DNA of 63,618 nucleotides, counting the filler, from Chiloscyllium plagiosum (lineage: Eukaryota), in NCBI RefSeq assembly GCF_004010195.1. It is 3 parts of one record of this genome, joined end to end, with 100 filler letters (N's around TTAATTAATTAA, not from the genome) between each part and the next. Parts side by side here need not be neighbours in the genome. Positions count along the whole stretch, not along the records: positions 1 to 29,350 come from NC_057715.1; 2 more parts are not named here. One strand, given 5' to 3'. The stretch's first letter is position 1, and each line of letters begins with the position of its first letter. This document shows, one piece after another, positions 12,549-23,584 of the stretch. The notes beneath the pieces were generated by a model, which worked only from the letters and a program-made list of their open reading frames with translations, was not told the origin of the DNA and did no database searches. Both the position numbers and the translations under genes were made by a program.

Positions 12549-13661
12549 TTGAGACATTATGGCAAGAGCAGGAATTCAGTCAATTCTGGACCATGATGAC
12601 TTACCATCTCACCAAGGTGCTGACTGGTCTGGATTCAACATTAAAGGATGAGAATGCAGAATGACATGGGTGTTAAAAAGAGAGACATATTGGCAAAGTT
12701 TTTCCTCTTAAACTCATCAGGACAACTTCAAGAATGTCAACTTTGAAAACTCTCATCATAATTTATACTCCAGGAAAAATGGATGCTGATTGGTTGGCAA
12801 GTAGTATAAGGCTTTGAGATGTCAGGTCACTGCGAAAGATGCTATGTCCATTCCATCTTCCTTTCCTTCACTTGTCCATTTTGGAGTTTAAAAGTACATA
12901 CTTCTGCATAACTGGTTGAGGAACAAGCTGTTAGCTCAAAGAAACAACATGAAAAGTGTAAACAATGCAGTCTGAGTTCAATATGAAATTTAAAATGTGC
13001 AATTAACATTTCAATTCTGTACAATGGTCAAGTTTGATGAGTGAGAATCAAGGAGCTGATACCAGTTCAATGGCAAACACATTCTCAATTAATTACGATT
13101 TGTAGATGCCGGTGTTGGTAATTACATCAATCTACTAAATTTCACTCTTTGCACTGGTGAGGGGGCTTTTTAAAAAGGTGATTGAGCCAACAGAATCATT
13201 TCTCATGTGATTGAGAGAAGAAATTACTTTGCACCTAACGTCACATGCACGTGGGCTAACTTCCATTCTATGGGACACCATGCTCCTTCTTTGCTCATTC
13301 TTGGAGGATTCTGCTTGTGCTAAAACAGATTTAACTGTCTAGATCACGCTGAAGTGACAAAGCAGTGAAATCATTTCACCGCCGGCTCCTAAAGAAGTGG
13401 AGAAATCCTCTCCTTGAAGGCAGCCCCAGCTTCACAGGATCTGACAAGCTTCAGCCAAAGTCCATGTTAGCTGTTCAAGTGCTGCATTGTTTGCACTTTG
13501 CATAGATTTGGTGTTCAGCCCACACCGTGGCAGGCAGTCCAGAATATTAACTGAGCAACCCTGCTCTACCATTAGCAAACCTCTCCAGAGTCAGGAGAAC
13601 AGAGCGTGTTGTTCCTCAATGTTCAGTCAGTTTGAAGCCCAGTGGAGGAAGCTGCCAGGAG

Positions 13662-13675
13662 GTTGCCATGATAAC
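13662..13675. promoter_or_regulatory. RFX X-box motif
   Basis: GTTGCCATGATAAC fits the X-box consensus (GTTGCCATGGCAAC type) and lies in unique sequence. Confidence 0.5.
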
Positions 13676-14604
13676 AGGGCTTGCTTTCATCAACTACTGC
13701 TTCATTGTGGGATTGAGAGGGGTAGGTAGCAAGGGAGAGGGATGTGCAGTTGTGTGAGCTGCTGATTATAACCTGATTTAACAAAAAGGCTACAGTAAAT
13801 TGCTGTCACTGGCTATGATTTTCCTGATGGCACTGAAGGGGTTGTTGGAGTCAGGGCAGCAGAGGTGCCTGATTATAAATGTATGGCTTGAAGCCTGGAG
13901 ACTACAGAGACATTCTAGAGATTAGGCACAAGGGATTGTGCATATTTGTTATCAGACAAGAGGAAGCAAATGAACCACAATAATGTTTTTGAAAGGTTGT
14001 CCTTTTATTTAAAAGCGAATGGAATCATTTAGAGCAACTCAAATGAAACTCTTAAGGCAGAATCTAACAGAGTTGATGGAGATTAAAAAAAATACTGAAA
14101 ATACTGTCAGACCAGAATCACCAGTGCACGGTATAAAAGAAATTCCTTCAGAAGAAATGCTCGTAAACCCAAGGAATTTTGCCAGATCTTAATGAAGGGC
14201 CTAATGACATGAAACTTGTCTCCAGCATGATTCCTCAGACCAGAGAGACCTGATCATCAAAATGTGCAGTATCGTTTTCTCATGGAATTAGCCAAACTCT
14301 CTAAAATGGATTCGAGATGAAGTATTGCAATGGAAATGGCGTTGAAAGTTACAGTCCTTAATCGCCCATTTGTAATTGCTTTAAAAGCTACAGTCAAAAT
14401 TATGTATTATTGTTACTCATTAAAAGCAGATCCATTTGAACAATATTTAAAATATATTTCTTGTCACTTGTTTTAATCCCTTTTTGTAAATCACATTTTC
14501 ATACTAATTTGTCATTCTTGTTTTTATTTTGTTTTCTTTGTGGTGACAGGAACAACAAATAATGTTTTGCCAGTATGCTAATCAAATGAATAATTTTACA
14601 TTCT

Positions 14605-15000
14605 AGGGAGAGGAGGAGTAATGGCTGGGCATATTTGGGAAATAGGGATAGAGATAAAGTATGCCAAGAAAGATAGTGTGAGTGAGAGAGGGTGGCTGAT
14701 AGGGTAGGAGGGCAGATTTGGGAAGCAGAATGGGAGCTAGGGATGGGAGGAGGGAGAGAGGGAGATAAAGAGAAGATGGCTTGCTAAGAGAGAGAGAGAG
14801 AGAGCAGGAGGGAGGAGAAAGAAAGTTAATGATAAAGGGAGAATGGGAAAGAGTGAGGGAAAGGAAGAGGGTGAATGCGAAAGAAGGAGAGAGATTGATT
14901 TGGGAATGAAAAGATAAGAGGGAAGAGATTGTGATGGGGCGGAGGGGAGGTTGAAGTGTGAGGCAAAAGTAGAGAGGGATGGAGTTTGAGAAGGAAAGGC
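14605..15000. repeat. purine-rich (GA) low-complexity tract
   Basis: About 400 bp almost entirely G/A on the plus strand, including (ga)n. Confidence 0.85.
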
Positions 15001-15556
15001 AATGAACTTATGGTTATTGATCATGATTAACCAGACAATATCCATTCTTCATCGCCAACCTAATAATAATGACTTTGATCATTGCAATCTGAGGTGGATT
15101 GTGAACCAATACCAAAATTGTATTTATAAGATTTGTCTTTTGTAAGCTTTTTAATAAAAAAGGTTAGATAGTAATGTGCTGGGAATTAATCTACCTGCAG
15201 ATGATGATATTTCATTTTTGTCTCTGAGGAATTTAAACTGGGGCAGGAACCTCAAGCTGATGAAAGCACAAATTCTAGTTTTGTATAATTGTCAGTTTTC
15301 AGTCAACTATTCTTTTGCAAAATACATTGGAGTGTTTATTCATCAGCTTGGTGATTAGAATATCCACATTGTTTGTAATAAATTGAACATATTGTTGAAT
15401 GACTGATGAGTAACATTAAACAGTCAAAAATACTTTTTTCTCATCTTAGCTGACCAATTGCAGAGGACATGTGAGTTTTTCTTCTCATGAACAATTGTAG
15501 CCTTTAACAATCTGCAAATTTAGTTCATTTTCTTTTCTTGATAGCCCTGTGACATT

Positions 15557-15875
15557 GGAGAGATGATGGTCAAGTGGTATTATTGTTGGACTGTTAATCC
15601 AGACAGCCAGGTAATGCCCTGGGGGACCAGGTTTAAATCCTGTTGTGGTAGACTTTGAATTAAATAAAAACTGGAATTAAGAGTTTAATGATGATTATTA
15701 ATCAATTGTTGTGAAAAACCATCTGGTTTACTGATTCCATTTAAGGGAAGAAATCTGCCATCCTTGTCTGGCCTACATGTGATGCCAGACCCACAGCAAT
15801 GTGGCTGACTCTTAACTGCCCTCTGGGCAATAAATGCTACCTAGCTAGCAATCCCATCATCTGATAAATGAATAC
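15557..15875 (+). mobile_element. tRNA-derived SINE with LINE-like tail
   Basis: tRNA-like head (agtggta...ggtttaaatcc), core ccagacccacagcaatgtggctgactcttaactgccctctg, caataaatgct tail; antisense copy at about 36270-36600. Confidence 0.7.
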
Positions 15876-16969
15876 AGGGTTGGAATCAGCTCAAAAAAGG
15901 TTCATGAGGTTGATTTTGGGGTTCAGGAAGTTATCCTAGGAGAAATAGTTTAAAAATATTAAATTAAAAACCGAAAGCACTGCTGTAAATCAAAGACAAA
16001 AATAGAGATTGTTGGAAAAGCTCAGCCGGTCTGGCAGCATATACAGAGAAAAATCAGAGTTAATGTTTCAGATCAAGTTCAAGAATGAAGTTCTGACAGT
16101 TGCTTAGTTTAAAAAAAACAGTTTGAGTCTACACTTGTTACAGTTTAGAAGAATGAAAAGCAATCTTATTGATACATAGAAGATTTTGAGAAGCTGTATT
16201 TATTTTCTCATGCAGCGTGTGCACCACTGACAGTGTTAACCTTTGTTGCCCATCATTAATTGCCCTAGAAATGGCGGCAATGTGCCATCTTCTGGAATCA
16301 TTGTAATCCATTCTATCACAATTTGATATAGCTGAGTGGTTTGTGAGGCAGTTTGTAGTTGACCACAATGCTTTGGTTTTGGAAGTCAGCACCCTGGTTC
16401 ACTGAGAGGGACTGGAAGATCCTGGTGGTCCTTGATGGTCCTATTTTCTCTCCACTATCTCGCACCCCCTCTAACTCTGCCACTGCACACACAACCCATC
16501 AAGACAAATGGTTACCACACTCACTATTGTATGCAGTATATCAGTGATTGCCTTCACACACCTCACCATCTTAAACCACTCCCTGCTTTTTACATTTCCT
16601 TATTCCCTTGCTACTCACACTCTGGTCACCTCACCACCTGGTCTACTCCTGTACCACGACTAATGGTATTTTTAGCCACTTGCATCTCACTAAATCACTT
16701 CCTTTGTTGCATTGCAGGAGAAATTATCTCAGAATGGGTCATGAAGGGCATTGGCAGAGTTGCTGACATATACCTTTTCACCCTAAACAAGATGACCATT
16801 GACTTAGTGTATATGACCGAGACCGTATATGTGGGGATACCAAGACATATTCAAGGCAACCAAGTACACTTCATTGTAGTGTGCTACTTTCCTATGACCA
16901 CTACAGTGTTTGGGTTCTTAACATATCATAACGTCGACCCCTATTATGTAAGTGGGGCCTTTCTTCTTT

Positions 16970-17235
16970 TGATTTGATTTGATTTATTATTGTCGCAAAT
17001 AACTAGATACAGTGAAAAGTTTTGTTTTGCATGCAGTATAGGCAGATCATAACATTCAAAGATCACAGGGTGATTGAACAAAGCGAGGAATACAAAGTTA
17101 CAGCTACAAAGAAGGTGCACAAAAAGCAAGATCAACATTAGATTTGAAATTTGAAAGGTTCCTTCGAAAGTCTAAGAGTAAAAGCTGTTCTTGAACCTGT
17201 TATTCCATGTGTTTAAGCGTTTGTATCTTTTGCAG
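16970..17235 (-). mobile_element. non-LTR retrotransposon 3' end (possibly Rex/Babar-like)
   Basis: (aaatc)n tail, caaaacaaaacttttcactg block; related copy at about 45770-45892 (+). Confidence 0.5.
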
Positions 17236-17831
17236 GCACCACTGGGACCTACACAGCTCTGCCCCAAAGAGGCCAGGCCTTCACCCATCAGTTTCTCCTC
17301 GAACTTTGAGCAGAGTTTTCCCTTGTAGTCTGACCAGCTCAGAGACTGTTCACTTTTGTGGGTATTTTATCTAAATTAGACTTGGGAGTACAATCTAGTG
17401 GACACTTGACTGCCACCTCTCCGTAACTGGCTGAGGAAGAAATGCTCCATGCCATTGCCACTCAGGACTGCCAGAGACCAGGCACCTACTCAGTTCCAGG
17501 CAGGAGGGGATTCCACTATTCCACACTCTGTCATTATGATAGTTGCTTCTTTTCCCATTGTTGCGCAGTTGAGATTTGGTGGAAGAACTCCCCCTCCAAG
17601 TCAACCTCGTATACCCTTTGTCAACACCTCAATTTCAAGGCTCTCCATGTTCACATTCAAGCAATGATCAATATTCCCTACTATCCTTCTCAATGCCTGG
17701 CACCACCACATTACCATACCTCACACTGCAATCCATTAGCACTGAAACCAGGTTAACAGTAACTTGTAAAACACATTCTACAACCATCTCCTCCTCCACC
17801 TCCATCCCATAACCTATCATTTTGGCTTCTA

Positions 17832-18770
17832 ACTCAGTATGTAGATTGTCTGACCAGAGGGGAGGCCATATTGCATTTGGTACTTGGTAATGAACCGGGA
17901 CAAGTGATGGGCTTGTTAGTGGGTGAGCATTTTGGTGATGGTGACCACAATTCTGTGACTTTCACCTTGGTTATGGAGAGAGACAGGTGCGTGCAACAGG
18001 GCAGGTTTTACAATTGGGGGAAGGGTAAACACGATGCTGCAAGACAGGATCCGAGGAGCATAAATTGGGAGCACAGGCTGTCAGGGAAGGATGTCGGTGA
18101 AATGTGAACTTTTTCAAGGAACAGATACGACGTGTCCTTGATATGTATGTACCTGTCAGGCAGGAAAGAGATGGTCGTGTGAGGGAACCTTGGTTGACAA
18201 GGGAGGTTGAATGTCTAGTAAAGAGGAAGAAGGAGGCTTACATAAGGTTGAGAAAACAAGGTTCAGACAGAGCGTTGGAGGGATACAGGATAGCCAGAAG
18301 GGATGAATGCTTGGCTGTGTACATGGTGACCTTTGAATGACAGTGCCTATACAAGAGATGATGGTCTATCTGTCCTCAATAGACATTAGAAGATGAGGGG
18401 GAACCTTATTGCAACTTACATTATACCAAGAGGCCTGGATACAGTGGACATGGAGATGCTTCCACAAGTAGGAGAGAATAGGAGCTGAGGGCACAGCCTC
18501 AGAGTTAAGGGACAGCCCTTTAAAACTGAGGTGAGGAGGGATTTCTTCGGCCAGAGAGTGGAGAAGCTGCGGAATTCATCACAGCAGGAAACTACGGAGG
18601 TCAAGTCATTGAGTGTATTTAAGACGGGAGGTAGATAGCTTCTTGATTAGTCGGGATCAAGGATTACAGGGAGAAGACAGGAGAATGCAATTGAGAAACA
18701 TGATTGAATGGCAGGGCAGACTTGGTGGACTGAATGACCTAATTCTGCTCCTATATCTTATGGTCTTATG
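17832..18770 (+). mobile_element. CR1 LINE fragments (EN/linker at about 17832-18301 and a 3' end at about 18380-18770)
   Basis: LVLGNEPGQV..VGEHFGDGDHNSV and PWLTREV motifs; cttatggtcttatg tail. Confidence 0.85.
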
Positions 18771-19704
18771 ATCTATTCTAGAATATCTCAGCAGTGACAA
18801 ATTCTTCTGGGTATGGTGAATGGGTGATTCCAGCTGGTCTCAGACAGGACATTGCCGTAAGGGTGGAGTAGGTAGTTAATGAGGTGCATTTGAGGCGACT
18901 TGCCAAGAAACCACACTAGGCCTCGTAGAAAAATGTAACATGACAAAACTGACACTTCGCCAAGATATGACAACACCCAGCCTTTATAAGTAAATGAGAG
19001 CGCTATAGAGAAGCTGGTGTCACCTGCAAGGATCGTTAGTACAAGGGAGCTAGACAGTAATAAAGCTAACAGGAAATTTGGGAAAATAAACCCTTCATTC
19101 AGAGCATGGTGAGATTGTGATGACGTGGCTTGGTTGAGATGAACAGCACAGTTATCTTGTATTTATATAACACTTCTCACAAACCTCAAGATATCCAAAC
19201 CAATTTACAACCTTGCTTCAAATCATAATTACAAATCAGTGTTTCTTCTGCCAATAATACAAACAGGCTTGAAGGGCTTAATGGCCCACTCCTGCTCCTA
19301 GTTCTTGTGTGGTATTGAAAACTAAAAATGCTGGAAATCACAGTGGGTCACGCAGCATTCATGGAGAGCAAGCTAACGTTTAGAGCTGACGTGAAGTGTG
19401 GAGTAGGCAGTATTTTTGGTGTAGTGGGGAAGGCGGTAGACTGCTGGGGGAGGAAGGCAGCTGATGGTCATGTGTTTGTATGATTGGCATTAATTTGTAA
19501 TTATGCTTTGAAGCCTGTTGATATGATTGGGGAAAACTCACCTCAGATGTTTCTTGACATCTTAGCCATCTCGTCATTCTGTCCAAGAAGCCACTAGAAT
19601 TGTTGTGTATTGCACTGAGTAAGACATGGTCAGTATGAACTGTCTTTATTAAATCACTTTATTTAACCCTCCCTAGCTCACAGGATAATATAAGAAACAA
19701 GATT

Positions 19705-20416
19705 AATGGTTAATGGTAGGGTTCTTAGTCAGGTGGAGGAACTGAGGGATCTTGGGGTCTATGTACATAGATCTTTGAAGGTTGCCACTCAGGTGGATAG
19801 AGTTTGTAAGAAGGCCTATGGAGTATTATCGTTCATTAGCAGAGGGATTGAATTCAAGAGTCGTGAAGTGATGTTGCAACTGTACAGGACTTTGGTTAGG
19901 CCACATTTGGAGTACTGTGTGCATTTCTGGTCGCCTCACTTCAGGAAAGATGTGGAAGCTTTGGAGTGGATGCAGAGAAGATTTACCAGGATGTTGCCTG
20001 GAATGGAGAATAGGTCGTACGAGGATAGGTTGAGAGTGCTAGGCATTTTCTCGTTGGAATGGCGAAGGATGAGGGGTGACTTGATAGAGGTTTATGAGAT
20101 GATCAGGGGAATAGACAGAGTAGACAGTCAGAGACTTTTTCCCCAGGTACAACAGAGTGTTACAAGGGGACATAAATTTAAGGTGAAGGGTGGAAGGTAT
20201 AGGGGGGATGTCAGGGGTAGGTTCTTTACCCAAGAGAGTGGTGGGGGCATGGAATGTGCTGCCTGTGGGAGTGGCAGAGTCAGAGTCATTGGTGACCTTT
20301 AAGCGGCAATTGGATAGGTACATGGATAGGTGCTTAAGCTAGGACAAATGTTCGGCACAACATCGTGGGCCGAAGGGCCTGTTCTGTGCTGTATTGTTCT
20401 ATGTTCTATGTTCTAC
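19705..20416 (+). mobile_element. CR1 LINE 3' end
   Basis: ORF 19706..20302 [22 protein letters not shown]; (gttctat)n tail. Confidence 0.95.
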
Positions 20417-21439
20417 GCTCGAGTTTCCTATTTTCCTCATGGACTGACCCTTCATATCTACAGCACAAATCCCCAGCCATGATCAATGCCTTCTCACTGT
20501 CCTACTCAACCCTAGACTGCCTTGTGAGGACAGCCCTGACTGAGCACGGACTAGACCCCTGACTAATGCCTCTACAGCTCTATGACTGACCTACCTGTAC
20601 CCTGTGGCCTTGTCAGACTTGATCTGCAGCACTGACTGTGAACAAATCCCTGGACTGGAAGGACACAGACCAGCAGACTCTAATCACACTAAATGCTTGA
20701 CTGACTATAGGCAAATGCCTGGACTCGATTAGATAGGGCCTTGACTGAGTGTGGTGGCACGCCCTGACTGAACATAGTCCCCCATTATTCGACTAAGGTC
20801 TATTCCCCATAGGTTTTCAGAAATGATAATTAATTTGAAGAACAAGGAGCGTGTTAGCTGTAGAAACTGTTGGCACATTCTGTAGGTGTAACATTGGCAT
20901 AGAACTTTCCTATCTTTGGACATGTTTAGACCCTTTAACTGTTCAGGCCGAGAAGGCATGACTGCCTGATTTTCTATCAAAACTAAAAGGCAAGGCAAAA
21001 CAAAGATGTGATGAGTTCTGAATGAAGCTACAATGTGCTAAGAGGTATGACAAAGTAAAGATGCTGTGATCATGCATGTAAGCATAAAGAATGTGTATTC
21101 TAAGGCAGCAAGCAAAAAGCCCTGGGATGCAACCTGTGCAGAAGTATGAGATGGGTGTGTTTCCCTGAATAGAAAGCAACCTGGCAGGAGCATTGTAATG
21201 GAAGGTGTCAATGATCAGTAAAATGCAAGGATGAAGTGTTGAAGTGTGGTCTGCAGTAGTCAGAGCTTAGCCATGATGATGTGGTGATGCAGCTGTTTTA
21301 CGGACGTTGCCCTCTGTGGTTGGAGGGTGAAAGTGCTTGCTGGCCATAAAGAGTGTGCCATGTGATGTTGGGAATGATAGGCAACGTTGATGTCTGGGAA
21401 AGACATGAACAAGGTGCATCCACCAGCTAACATTTCAAA

Positions 21440-22625
21440 CTGAGGGACAGAATATACATGTATTTGGAAAGGCAAGGACTGATTAGGGATAGTCAACATG
21501 GTTTTGTGCGTGGAAAATCATGTCTCACAAACTTGATTGTGTCTTTTGAAGAAGTAACAAAGAGGATTGATGTGGGCAGAACAGTAGATGCGATCTTTAT
21601 TGACTTCAGTAAGGCGTTCGACAAGGTTCCCCATGGCAGACTGGTTAGCAAGGTTAGATCTCATGGAATACAGGGAGAACTAGCCATTTGGATATAGAAC
21701 TGACTCAAAGGTAGAAGACAGAGGGTTGTTTTTCAGACTGGAGGCCTGTGACCAGTGGAGTGCCCAAAAAAAATCAGTGTTGGGTGCTCTACTTTTTGTC
21801 ATTTATATAAATGATTTGGATGTGAGCATAAGAGGTATAGTTAGTAAGTTTGCAGATGACACTAAAATTGGAGGTGTAGCGGACAGCGAAGGTTACCTCA
21901 GATTACAACAGGATCTTGATCAGATGGGCCAATGGGCTGAGAAGTAGCAGATGGAGTTTAATTCAGATAAATGCGAGGTGCTGCATTTTGGGAAAGCAAA
22001 TCATAGCAGGACTTATACACTTAATGGTAAGGTCCGAGGGAGTGTTGCTGAACAAAGAGACCTTGGAGTGCAGGTTCATAGCTCCTTGAAAGTGGAGTTG
22101 CAGGTAGATAGGATAGTGAAGAAGGCATTTGGTATGCTTTCTTTTATTGGTCAGAGGATTGAGTACAAGAGTTGGGAGGTCATGTTGCGGCTGTACAGGA
22201 CATTGGTTAGGCCACTATTGGAATATTGCNNNNNNNNNNNNNNNNNNNNNNNNNNNNNNNNNNNNNNNNNNNNNNNNNNNNCATGGATAGGGTAAATAGG
22301 CAAAGTCTTTACCCTGGGGTCAGGGAGTCCAGAACTAGAGGGTGTAGGTTTAGGGTGAGAGGGGAAAGATATAAAAGAGACCTTGGGGGCAACACTTTCA
22401 CAGAGAATGTGGTACATGTATGGAATGAGCTGCCAGAGGAAGTGGTGGAGGCTGGTACAATTGCAACATTTAAAAAGGTATATGAATAGGAAGGGTTTGG
22501 AGGGATATGGGCCGGGTGCTGACATGTGGGACTAGATTGGGTTGGGATATCTGGTCGGCATGGATGGGTTGGACTGAAGGATCTGTTTCCATGCTGTACA
22601 TCTCTATGGCTTTCTGACTCTATGA
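21440..22625 (+). mobile_element. CR1 LINE RT and 3' end (same subfamily as 3258-6170), contains an assembly gap
   Basis: QHGFVRGKSCLTNL, DFSKAFDKVPH, KFADDTK; long near-identical stretches with 4880-6170. Confidence 0.95.
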
Positions 22626-23584
22626 CCTCCAAATAGGCAATTGGTGCCATATAATATCCCACTGGTACCTGGGAGAATCATGAACAGTACATATACAAGG
22701 TAACATTGCTAATAATGAAATGTTGATGACCCCTGTACAGTCCTTGCTGCTTAATAGCAAGATGCTCATCCAACTGCTGAAAACGTAGGGAGAAAATCAG
22801 ATTTTTTTCTTAATGTCGTGAATCTCATTTTTTGTTCTTGCCACATTCTCCCAACTTTCTCACTGTTGTACACATCATGAAAGGGTGAGTAAATTCTAAC
22901 ATATATTCCTTAAATCTTTCTCTCTCTCTCTCTCATACACACTCTCTCTCTCTCACAGACCAGATAAAACAATGTACCTCTGCAGAGAAAATACTGGTTT
23001 GAAAATTAAAGGCAAAAAAGTAAGAACAACATCCCTTCAGGGTATGAATTCAGACAACAAAACAGTTTGACTTTCTTGTCAGTGAGATCCAATTGCTGAC
23101 AGTTGCTAAGTGATAGAAAATCTTCTGACCAGATTTCAGATTCAGATGGAGAACAGTTAAGAGTCCTGCTAATTGAAATTTTATCAGATTTTTCACAAAC
23201 AACTTCACTGAGAAAGCTTTTCAGCTGGTTTTGCTTAAAGGATTTCTCCCCTGCTGAACGAATTAAAGAGAAGGGGATAACACTGCTTCTTTCAAGTCTC
23301 TCCGCAACACTCACATCGAGATACCACTGAAACACACCTTTACTTTGGAGGCTATTGTAAGGCAGCCTTCAGCACGGATCCAAGGATTTCTGTTCAGGTT
23401 TGTCTGTCAAAACATTAAGGCCATAAAAGCAATCTCTTATCCCTCTTTGAAAAAATCCCTGGATTGTGTCTTTCCCAAAATTACTTGATTTTGTATAAAT
23501 AATTGACTTACAACAAATAACGCACAGACTTGATTTTTGACTTCTTCCAAGAAACTGTCGGATAAATGTCTCTTCACTCCAGTA

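Noticed and set aside
14737..15045. 102-aa Ser/Leu/Pro-rich ORF
   Set aside because: Antisense read-through of a GA-rich low-complexity tract
23369..23371. In-frame TGA after Cys as selenocysteine
   Set aside because: No similarity to a known selenoprotein family and no SECIS seen downstream
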